From an uncultured virus (IMG/VR IMGVR_UViG_2519103125_000002) (lineage: Duplodnaviria > Heunggongvirae > Uroviricota > Caudoviricetes), in the IMG/VR virus record IMGVR_UViG_2519103125_000002, positions 45,744 through 65,743 of that record: DNA of 20,000 nt; one strand, 5' to 3'. The translations under genes and the position numbers were made by a program. This document shows positions 1-6,602 of the stretch, piece after piece; within the stretch, counting starts at the first letter, position 1, and each line of letters starts with the position of its first letter. Under the pieces are notes generated by a model. It was not told the origin of the DNA. It was given only the letters and a program-made list of their open reading frames with translations, and made no database searches.

Positions 1-402
1 TTTTTGTACTAACGAGATGTTTTCTGTTCGTTCTAGCACCAGTCGTACTAACGATAAATCTTTAATACTTTTAAGCTCTTTCTTTATGCAATCCTCAATC
101 GGCTTGCCACCTTTGTTAAGGTTGTATTTCCCCCAGTTAAGTATGCAAAGTTCTCTAGTTTCTTCGTTATAAACTACCAAATCATGATGATTAATAAAGC
201 GATCCAATAAAGCTTTTGCACTTTCAATTGAGTAACCCAATTCAAAAGCCATTTGTTTTCTAGTTATCTGATAAACTCCAATTTGGTTTGTATGCTCATT
301 AGTCATTAGATAGAGGTAAAAGTATTTATCCTCTGGCGTCATCTCTTCTGAAACTTTTGCATCTGACCAAAATGAAGTTTGAACGTGTCTGTATTTCGCC
401 AT
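1..402 (-). CDS. Phage replication initiator protein (DnaD-domain type), N-terminal part; runs off the window edge
   Basis: Hand-translated from ATG at 402: MAKYRHVQTSFWSDAKVSEEMTPEDKYFYLYLMTNEHTNQIGVYQITRKQMAFELGYS..., the typical Firmicutes phage initiator N-terminus. Start abuts the upstream stop (TAAATG). Not in the ORF track. Confidence 0.85.
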   Translation of the reverse strand, partial: MAKYRHVQTSFWSDAKVSEEMTPEDKYFYLYLMTNEHTNQIGVYQITRKQMAFELGYSIESAKALLDRFINHHDLVVYNEETRELCILNWGKYNLNKGGKPIEDCIKKELKSIKDLSLVRLVLERTENISLVQK

Positions 403-624
403 TTAGTCCACCTTCTTCATCCAACATTCATAGCTCACATTGTCTTCCATGCCAGTAAACCGAACCTTTTCTCTCCCCCTAAATTTACCTTCATGATAAA
501 AAGTTCTTTCTGCCCTATATATTCGTTTAATTGGCGTTACATAGTCATAACCTCGTTTTTCTAAATCCCGAACTGCTGTTAACATCTCTTTCATCGATCC
601 ACGCCTTACAGGTATCTTAAACAT
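403..624 (-). CDS. Hypothetical phage early protein (likely start ATG 624, MFKIPVRRGS...)
   Basis: ORF track 403..645. ATG at 624 overlaps the upstream stop as TGATG, implying translational coupling. Confidence 0.75.
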   Translation of the reverse strand: MFKIPVRRGSMKEMLTAVRDLEKRGYDYVTPIKRIYRAERTFYHEGKFRGREKVRFTGMEDNVSYECWMKKVD

Positions 625-800
625 CACGCATTCGCCCTTTCGCATACCGCTATGTCGCCTTGAATTTTGATTATTTTATATCCTGGGTAGCGATCAGGGG
701 TGATGTACTCAATCGCCTTTACTCTTGCTTCTTTTTCATTCCATGCGCCCTTCCACACCCACTTCGGAAGGACGACTTTAGATTGATTTTTGTCTAACAT
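624..800 (-). CDS. Hypothetical phage protein, 58 aa (MLDKNQSKVVLPKWVWKGAWNEKEARVKAIEYITPDRYPGYKIIKIQGDIAVCERANA)
   Basis: Hand-translated. AAGGAG RBS upstream; fills the gap in the operon; TGATG coupling to the next gene. Confidence 0.75.
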   Translation of the reverse strand: MLDKNQSKVVLPKWVWKGAWNEKEARVKAIEYITPDRYPGYKIIKIQGDIAVCERANA

Positions 801-815
801 AGGTTTAGCATCTCC

Positions 816-1448
816 TTAGTTTGTTTGTTCTATTTTTTCTACTTGTTCTTGCTCTTCAGTTTCAGAAGTTTCTTTTTCAGCCTGTTTAACCCACTTTGTT
901 AATTTCTTAAGTACTTCTCCAGCTTGTTTTAATGTCAATTCGCCAACCTCTTTAATACCTAAGTATCCTTTAATCGTGTCTTCATCCACTTTTCGAAGGG
1001 TAGCTAATTTTTTTATGTTTAATTTAATTGCACCAACTTGTTGAGCAGTAATCATTTCCTCCTGGATCTCTGGTAAATCTTCACCTGCATAGATGTACAA
1101 TCCTAATCCGTGAAGTGCAATTGCCTTTACTAAGCAACGTTGGATACTTGTGTTAATGTCAAAGCTGTTAGGCTCTGCAATCGGCTTGTTCTGATTGTTA
1201 AGTATCGGGTGAATCTGACTTAGTGATATTCCTTGTACAGTTACTTCAACTTCTACAAAGTAACCACAATCTGTTTTGAGGTAAGGCACTCCATCAAATC
1301 GTTTTACTTCCCATGTAGCTGTTGGATCTACTTCACGAAGCTTTTTAACTGCCCATGCCCACGATAAGTAATTAAAACGCCCTTTCTTCTCAACATGTCC
1401 CGAACAATCTATTTGAGCCAATTTAGAAAAGTAATTTTCAGTTATCAT
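816..1448 (-). CDS. Sak3/DUF1071-family single-strand annealing recombinase
   Basis: Motifs VEKKGRFNYLSWAWA and DINTSIQRCLVKAIALHGLGLYIYAGEDLP; upstream of the replication genes. Confidence 0.9.
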   Translation of the reverse strand: MITENYFSKLAQIDCSGHVEKKGRFNYLSWAWAVKKLREVDPTATWEVKRFDGVPYLKTDCGYFVEVEVTVQGISLSQIHPILNNQNKPIAEPNSFDINTSIQRCLVKAIALHGLGLYIYAGEDLPEIQEEMITAQQVGAIKLNIKKLATLRKVDEDTIKGYLGIKEVGELTLKQAGEVLKKLTKWVKQAEKETSETEEQEQVEKIEQTN

Positions 1449-1465
1449 ATGAATCTCCCCTTCTT

Positions 1466-1651
1466 TTAAAATGGTGCTATTTCCGTTTGTTTACTAGCTT
1501 CATACACTTCCATAAGTGCTTGTAATCCATATTCGTAAGCTACAACCATTGATGCAGCGTTAGGCTCTTTACTTTGCTTGTATCGTTCAACTAGACTCTT
1601 CATAATTTGAATTTCAGCTTCAATTTTGTTTTGTAGGACCACCTTATTCAC
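1466..1651 (-). CDS. Hypothetical phage protein
   Basis: ORF in operon orientation, overlapping the upstream stop; GCAGGTG RBS. Confidence 0.7.
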   Translation of the reverse strand: MNKVVLQNKIEAEIQIMKSLVERYKQSKEPNAASMVVAYEYGLQALMEVYEASKQTEIAPF

Positions 1652-1844
1652 CTGCTACTTTCTTCATCGAATGTTCTTCAACGTACTGTTTGATACATTT
1701 GGATTCGGTATGGATTGGATCACCACTAAAATCAAGGTACCCTTCTCCGTAGAAGATTTCTCCACCACACCCTTGGCAATAATCCATAAAGTCTCTTGCT
1801 GATGAATCGTGATGATTTCCGTAAGTAATTGGATTTTCAATCAT
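1644..1844 (-). CDS. Small phage protein with CxxC/His-Cys putative zinc-binding motif
   Basis: Strong AGGAGG RBS; CQGCGGEI...HTESKC. Confidence 0.75.
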   Translation of the reverse strand: MIENPITYGNHHDSSARDFMDYCQGCGGEIFYGEGYLDFSGDPIHTESKCIKQYVEEHSMKKVAGE

Positions 1845-1926
1845 TTTTTGAATTCCTCCTTATTTACTGAGAGAAAACTTATGGTATAATATAGGTAGCT
1901 AATTTTAGGGAATGTTTTCTCTACAT

Positions 1927-1951
1927 CGCTCGTTGCTATCGAGCGTTTTTT
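1927..1951 (+). terminator. Intrinsic terminator, antisense to the early operon
   Basis: cgctcg-ttgctat-cgagcg followed by T6; TGGTATAAT extended -10 at 1882-1890 upstream. Confidence 0.65.
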
Positions 1952-2015
1952 ATTTTTTAATAGCTAACTTTCTGAAAGTTTGTTAAAATTTAGTTACCGA
2001 TATGTGTAACAACTG

Positions 2016-2041
2016 GCCTGTGCTTCTGTACGGGCTTTTTT
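2016..2041 (+). terminator. Intrinsic terminator, antisense to the early operon
   Basis: gcctgtgc-ttct-gtacgggc (with GU pairs) followed by T6; TGTTAAAAT at 1981-1989 upstream. Confidence 0.55.
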
Positions 2042-2193
2042 GATGCTTTCACGCATCAAAATATCCAGGAATCCTTTTACTAGATGGGGAACACCATTAA
2101 ATTCCTGAATATTACGACAAGCGAACGCGCGTCTTATCCTTGTAGAATTTTCCTCCTTTTTGTCGAATTAATCAGACGGAAGGAGGTGTTTTT

Positions 2194-2442
2194 ATGAAAC
2201 CAACTACTATAAATATTCGTGTTGACTTAGATGATATTTTCAAACTATCTCATCATGAAATTGTTGACGGTGTTTTAAAATACGTCCATGAACAATCGCA
2301 TCAGTATAATGATTTAACTCCAGAGAGCAGTCTAGAAATGGTTATAAAAGAAGCGACAAAAGCTTATGAAGATAACTTAAGAAAACGTATGCATGAACGA
2401 TATAGTGCTACTATTTCTGGTCAAGTTGAAGTACAACGTTAG
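2194..2442 (+). CDS. Hypothetical 82-aa protein inserted antisense within the early operon
   Basis: Perfect AAGGAGGTG RBS; TAGAAT -10 at 2143-2148. Confidence 0.75.
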   Translation: MKPTTINIRVDLDDIFKLSHHEIVDGVLKYVHEQSHQYNDLTPESSLEMVIKEATKAYEDNLRKRMHERYSATISGQVEVQR

Positions 2443-2530
2443 ATTCACAAATTTGCTTATTATTTAATAGAATTTTTACTTCTACAACAGCCTCTTTTAC
2501 CGCAGGGGCTTGATTCTTGTTTTCTTCCAC
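2411..2530 (-). CDS. Putative 39-aa protein (MEENKNQAPAVKEAVVEVKILLNNKQICESNVVLQLDQK)
   Basis: GTG start with AAGGAGTGA RBS; overlaps the 3' end of the + strand ORF. Confidence 0.45.
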   Translation of the reverse strand: MEENKNQAPAVKEAVVEVKILLNNKQICESNVVLQLDQK

Positions 2531-2677
2531 ATAAATCACTCCTTTTATCAAATTTTATTGTGTTCATAAATCTGTAAAATCTTTATATAAAAATTTAATG
2601 AACTATGTGTTAAACTTATTACATTCCAAGAAGTCCTTTACTTTTAGAATCGACAATTCTTCAATACCCTTAGTCTT

Positions 2678-2703
2678 GCCCTGCATCCCCTTGCAGGGCT
2701 TTT
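2678..2703 (+). terminator. Intrinsic terminator hairpin
   Basis: gccctgca-tcccct-tgcagggc followed by T4. Confidence 0.6.
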
Positions 2704-2704
2704 A

Positions 2705-2845
2705 TCATTTAGCTAGAGTGATATACCTCTTGTATGTTTCCTCAACCTTATCTGCGCTGTTATGTACACCCTTTGCTCTTAAATCCTTTATAATCCACAA
2801 GATTTTCTTTCGTTCATATTCATCACGTTGCTGTTTATTTATCAT
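2705..2845 (-). CDS. Hypothetical 46-aa phage protein (MINKQQRDEYERKKILWIIKDLRAKGVHNSADKVEETYKRYITLAK)
   Basis: Hand-translated; overlaps the upstream small ORF in operon orientation. Confidence 0.65.
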   Translation of the reverse strand: MINKQQRDEYERKKILWIIKDLRAKGVHNSADKVEETYKRYITLAK

Positions 2846-2957
2846 CTTGTGACCATCCTGTCTTTTTATCCCAGACATCAATTCTGTGTACTAGGTATGT
2901 TAATAGACATATAGCCGCTGATACAATCGCCAATGATAATGTACTTTCCTCCATCAT
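2835..2957 (-). CDS. 40-aa single-pass membrane protein (MMEESTLSLAIVSAAICLLTYLVHRIDVWDKKTGWSQDDK)
   Basis: GGGAGG RBS; hydrophobic segment; hand-translated. Confidence 0.65.
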   Translation of the reverse strand: MMEESTLSLAIVSAAICLLTYLVHRIDVWDKKTGWSQDDK

Positions 2958-3011
2958 TTACATCGCCTCCCTATCCATTTCTGGAATAATTCCGCGTTTC
3001 GTTAGAAGTTC
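2958..3011 (-). pseudogene. Orphan C-terminal tail resembling a phage antirepressor (ELLTKRGIIPEMDREAM*)
   Basis: Startless frame beginning right after the HNH stop and ending TAA directly before the next ATG. Resembles the end of Bacillus phage KilAC antirepressors (from memory). Confidence 0.5.
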
Positions 3012-3012
3012 G

Positions 3013-3549
3013 TTACACATGCTTCCAAGTCTCATTTCTTACAACCTTCCCTATAGTTGAATGTGATGTTCCGAATGTTCTAGCCATTGCTCTAGCTCCA
3101 TATTTAGAGTGGCCTGGTTTGTAGTGTTTTCTTATCCATTCAATTTGTTCTTCAGTAAAAACAGCTGTATGAATCTGTTCACCTTTTGCGTTTAAATCAT
3201 TTTTAATTGCATGTTTTTTATTTTCCTTATCTGTCACAAATTCCAAATTGCTTAATCTGTTATTAGTCTTATCTCCATCAATATGATTAACTTGCATCTT
3301 CTCTTCTTGGCACTTATTAAAAGATTCAATAACTAATCTGTGTATATAAAATCTCCTTTGTATTCCTTTTTCGTCAGTTAATCCTATTCTTAAATAACCT
3401 TTTTTGGTAACAACAGGTGTTAAGATTCTGCCTTTTACGCTATTCCCTCTTTTTATAACTGTTTTAACTCTACCTAGATTGCTAATCACATATATCCCTT
3501 CATAACCTATTAAATCTACCCATATCTCATTTTGTTCTTTTGATTCCAC
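3013..3549 (-). CDS. NUMOD4-HNH homing endonuclease-like protein
   Basis: EIWVDLIGYEGIYVISNLGRVKT (NUMOD4), HRLV...VNHIDGDKTNNRLSNLE (HNH_3), C-terminal HTH-like segment. Confidence 0.93.
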   Translation of the reverse strand: MESKEQNEIWVDLIGYEGIYVISNLGRVKTVIKRGNSVKGRILTPVVTKKGYLRIGLTDEKGIQRRFYIHRLVIESFNKCQEEKMQVNHIDGDKTNNRLSNLEFVTDKENKKHAIKNDLNAKGEQIHTAVFTEEQIEWIRKHYKPGHSKYGARAMARTFGTSHSTIGKVVRNETWKHV

Positions 3550-3559
3550 AGTTCATTTC

Positions 3560-3752
3560 CTCCAAACGATTAATTATGTACACCTGTCCTTTTGGAGTGA
3601 CTCGCATTGTGATTCAAGTTAATGCTCATTTTGATGTTTCAAAATAACCACAATCAATATATTTTTGTAATGGCTCATTTTTCTTCTCAAAAACTAGTTA
3701 CCGTTCGAACTTTACCGAACTCTTCATTGTTGAAAACCTGTAATTGATTCAT
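3560..3752 (-). pseudogene. Internally deleted phage antirepressor (Bro-N start fused out of frame to KilAC/ANT C-terminus)
   Basis: GGAGG RBS, then MNQLQVFNNEEFGKVRTVTSF* (stop 3687-3689). Another frame reads LVFEKKNEPLQKYIDCGYFETSK*ALT*ITMRVTPKGQVYIINRL with two in-frame TGA stops. Confidence 0.8.
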
Positions 3753-3993
3753 TTTCTTTCTCCTCCGGCCTTCCGGTTGTCATTATGACAACTTTTTGAG
3801 TAAAAAAAAGTTCATCTATTGATACTCCAAGTGCATTTGCTAAAATAGGTATCTTTTCAGCATCTAATCTTCTCTTGCCATTTTCTATAAAAGAAATAGC
3901 TGAAGCGTGACTAAAACCAAGACTCTTAGCCAGTTTTGATTGTGTTATATCTTTTTGTTTGCGAATATCTCTAACTCTGTTTCCAAATGTCAT
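3724..3993 (-). CDS. Cro-like XRE-family HTH regulator
   Basis: HTH_3 pattern ITQSKLAKSLGFSHASAISFIENGKR; likely start ATG 3993 after GGAGGTGAGG; first gene of the leftward operon. Confidence 0.88.
   Translation of the reverse strand: MTFGNRVRDIRKQKDITQSKLAKSLGFSHASAISFIENGKRRLDAEKIPILANALGVSIDELFFTQKVVIMTTGRPEEKENESITGFQQ
3776..3792. promoter_or_regulatory. Putative repressor operator inside the cro-like gene (GTTGTC-N5-GACAAC)
   Basis: Perfect palindrome gttgtc-attat-gacaac, same as the one at 4013-4029. Confidence 0.7.
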
Positions 3994-4012
3994 ATCCGCC
4001 TCACCTCCTATA

Positions 4013-4138
4013 GTTGTCATTTCGACAACAACTTAATTTCATTATAAGTTGTCATTTCGTAAATGTAAACCCCTGTTTTGTCACTTTGTTTTAATTTTTT
4101 TTACAAATAGTGAAAAGTTGTCAAAAAGTATATATACT
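4013..4138. promoter_or_regulatory. Divergent cro/cI switch with operators
   Basis: gttgtc-atttc-gacaac 4013-4029; degenerate copies at 4048-4064 and 4117-4133. Leftward promoter TTTACA(4069-4064)-17-TATAAT(4046-4041); rightward -10 TATACT at 4133-4138. Confidence 0.75.
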
Positions 4139-4197
4139 GTAATTAAAGAATAATACTTCGCAATGGGATCTTATTTATAAAGGGGAATAATAAAATT

Positions 4198-4542
4198 ATG
4201 AACTTAAACGAAAGATTGAAAGCGTGCCGCGAAAAGAAGGGGTACACACAGACTTTCATCTCAGAAAAATTAGACGTAAACAAAGCCACTTTATCTAGTT
4301 ACGAATCAGGAAGACGTAAACCTGACTACGAAACATTAACTAAACTAGCAGACATATACGAAGTTTCTATTGATTACTTATTAGGAAGAGCGATGCATCA
4401 AAAGTTAACAGTTAAAGAAACAGAAGAGATAAGTAAAGAAACTAACGAATGGATGACACTGATTAATCAACTATCAGAGGACAACAAAGAGTTGTTTAAA
4501 TCAACAATTCAAAGCTTTATATCTAAAAACAAAACTCCGTAA
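4198..4542 (+). CDS. CI-like (XRE/ImmR-type) phage repressor
   Basis: HTH_3 LKACREKKGYTQ...SSYESGRRKPDYETL...VSIDYLLGR; divergent from cro; no C-terminal S24 autoprotease domain. Confidence 0.9.
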   Translation: MNLNERLKACREKKGYTQTFISEKLDVNKATLSSYESGRRKPDYETLTKLADIYEVSIDYLLGRAMHQKLTVKETEEISKETNEWMTLINQLSEDNKELFKSTIQSFISKNKTP

Positions 4543-4572
4543 GACTAATTACTGTCTACGGAGTTTTGTTTT
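4526..4572. terminator. Bidirectional terminator between repressor and aimX-like ORF
   Basis: aaaacaaaactccgta(a)gac ... gtctacggagttttgtttt inverted repeat. Confidence 0.75.
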
Positions 4573-4684
4573 ACTCTTTTCCTTCGTTTGATAATTCTAG
4601 TAGCATTTCACGGAGATGTTCAATATTTACCCCTTCGACCGTCTCCATTATCAATAACTCTGTAACTAAATTCTCCATGTTCAT
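4571..4684 (-). CDS. Small acidic protein at the aimX position (MNMENLVTELLIMETVEGVNIEHLREMLLELSNEGKE; start may be 4678)
   Basis: GGGGGA RBS; directly downstream of aimP and convergent with the repressor; hand-translated. Confidence 0.65.
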   Translation of the reverse strand: MNMENLVTELLIMETVEGVNIEHLREMLLELSNEGKE

Positions 4685-4775
4685 TCCCCCTGCATCCTCT
4701 ATATAATTTGTGAACAATTCACATTCGTTAATTATTTATTTTTTTTGAAAAATAGTTAACATTCCCTAAAACGAC

Positions 4776-4809
4776 GAATGACATCTTCTAAAAAAAGAAG
4801 ATGTCATTC
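4776..4809. terminator. 14-bp perfect inverted repeat after aimP (terminator and/or AimR-controlled site)
   Basis: gaatgacatcttct-aaaaaa-agaagatgtcattc. Confidence 0.65.
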
Positions 4810-4823
4810 ATTAAATATATAAT

Positions 4824-4979
4824 TTAAACGCCCGTCCCTGGATCAGACATTTTTAATGTAATTGTAAGTTGAGTATCCTTAGCTAACTGCTGAGGTTGCT
4901 TTTTTTGGCTATCAGAAGGAGCGAATAAAAATCCACCTGACAACGCTAAAATAGTAATAAGCGATAAAACCTTATTCAT
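4824..4979 (-). CDS. aimP: Arbitrium signalling pro-peptide, 51 aa (MNKVLSLITILALSGGFLFAPSDSQKKQPQQLAKDTQLTITLKMSDPGTGV)
   Basis: GAGGTGA RBS, signal peptide, C-terminal DPG-type peptide; immediately downstream of aimR. Not in the ORF track. Confidence 0.88.
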   Translation of the reverse strand: MNKVLSLITILALSGGFLFAPSDSQKKQPQQLAKDTQLTITLKMSDPGTGV

Positions 4980-5018
4980 TTATGTATCACCTCACTCTCA
5001 TAAATTATAACATTTTTT

Positions 5019-6167
5019 CTATATAATCCCTAGAGATTTCTTAGGTAATTGAGCATAAAAAATATTCCCTAATCGCTCAAACATATCTAGTGATTTCAAT
5101 AACAGTTCTTTGTCATTTTTCGCTAGGCCTAAATAGTAAATTTGAAATGCGCTCAGTTCCCCGTTCTCTTCTTTCAACTTCATTAAAATTTTAATTGCAT
5201 GTTCATTATTACCCTTTTGTATTTCTAAATATGCTTGTTCAGCAGCATGTAATGGTTTAATATTTTCTAAATCAACTTTATGATGTATTTTTAGAAACTC
5301 AATAGTATTAGCTATCATTGTTCTTCTCATTTCCATTTGATTACTCGACTCTTTCTCTAAAATGCTCAATGCTTTTTTCAGATAAAATATCGATTTGTCA
5401 AAGGATTCATCACATAGCATAAACGATTCTCCCAATACACCATATACTGTTGCTTCTACAACAGGAAAACGATTATTGATAGGTATACTTTGTATCACTT
5501 CTTCGCATATTTCTCTTAGTTTTTCTAGTTCGTATGCGGTTAAATGACCATGAATTGCACATTCCTTTATCTTATAAAAAAACGATTCTTTTAGATAAGG
5601 ATCTTTAATATCATTTAGTTTCTCCATTAAAAAATCGGATTTGTTAACCATTAACTTAAAGTTACCTTGATCGTAAGCTGATAGCATTTCTATTTCTTCG
5701 GATAAAATCTCTAATTCTTTACTTTTTAATTTGAGGTATTTCTTTCTCTTATTTAATTCCAAAAGTAATTTTTCGCCTTTTATGTGTCCTTTATATCTTT
5801 TATAAATCAGTTCATACAAGCTTGCCCATTCGCGATTTTCTTTATTTGCTGAAGTCATTTCTTGGTCTACTAGTCGTTTTAAAAGTTCCAACTCTCCATG
5901 AGCCATTAAATAATTCATCGCAATTTTTTTATTAAGATGTCTTTTAGTATTAGTAAAGTATTTAGCGCAAAGATCTCGACGTAACTCTACATCATTAGGA
6001 TAAGCGATTTTTAAAAGTTCTCCGTACTTGTCGAATCTAATTCCATCTTTCTCCTTAAAAAATTTAGAAACCGTCACGTTGCTTAAACTGATTTGTTTTG
6101 AAATATTTCTATCGCTTATTCCTTTAGCGTACAAATCATTTTGCAACTTCACTATTGAACTTTGCAC
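5019..6167 (-). CDS. aimR: AimR-family arbitrium peptide receptor (HTH + TPR, RRNPP)
   Basis: 382 aa, N-terminal HTH, NREWASLYEL motif, C-terminal LSAFQIYYLGLA...GNIFYAQLPK; followed by a secreted pro-peptide. Confidence 0.92.
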   Translation of the reverse strand: MQSSIVKLQNDLYAKGISDRNISKQISLSNVTVSKFFKEKDGIRFDKYGELLKIAYPNDVELRRDLCAKYFTNTKRHLNKKIAMNYLMAHGELELLKRLVDQEMTSANKENREWASLYELIYKRYKGHIKGEKLLLELNKRKKYLKLKSKELEILSEEIEMLSAYDQGNFKLMVNKSDFLMEKLNDIKDPYLKESFFYKIKECAIHGHLTAYELEKLREICEEVIQSIPINNRFPVVEATVYGVLGESFMLCDESFDKSIFYLKKALSILEKESSNQMEMRRTMIANTIEFLKIHHKVDLENIKPLHAAEQAYLEIQKGNNEHAIKILMKLKEENGELSAFQIYYLGLAKNDKELLLKSLDMFERLGNIFYAQLPKKSLGII

Positions 6168-6270
6168 AATCTTTGTCCTCCTTGTTGGACAAAAAAGACA
6201 CGTTACCCTAGATTTCTTACATTTAAGGAAAACGCGTCACTATATCTAGGATGTGTGTTATAATTATGTA

Positions 6271-6361
6271 CGAGACTTATGACAAGTGTTCCCCTAGGCA
6301 CATTAGGGCGGACCGTGGAAGAGTGTTACCAGCACTACTTGCACAGCCATGAGTCTTTTTT
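6271..6361 (+). ncRNA. Putative structured small RNA upstream of aimR on the opposite strand
   Basis: TGTTATAAT at 6256-6264; ends pair (agacttatg 6273-6281 with catgagtct 6348-6356, then a T run); two internal hairpins. Confidence 0.45.
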
Positions 6362-6602
6362 ACGTCCGTTTATTTTATTATTTTCATAATATCATATTTT
6401 TGCCAAAATTCAGTCGTGGGGTTATCAGAAAAATGTTGAGAAAGTTTGAAAATAGCTGTATATCAATGGTTTCTCATACTTATGGATAAGGATATGCAAT
6501 AGTACATCTTTTTTTAAGCTTATATACAATGCTTATACTAAAGTTTGGTACAATTGTATTGTATATTTTGGGTGGTAATTTATAAGAAATGGGGCGAGGT
6601 AG

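Noticed and set aside
2122..2134. cgaacgcgcgtct as a LexA/SOS box
   Set aside because: The right half deviates from GTTC at two positions; too weak to call.
2958..3752. HNH ORF as part of a group I intron
   Set aside because: The flanks are protein-coding remnants with no room for, or sign of, group I core elements.
4709..4723. TGTGAA-N3-TTCACA as a Rex site
   Set aside because: The spacer is 3 nt rather than the 4 nt of the Rex consensus; kept only as an unassigned palindrome.
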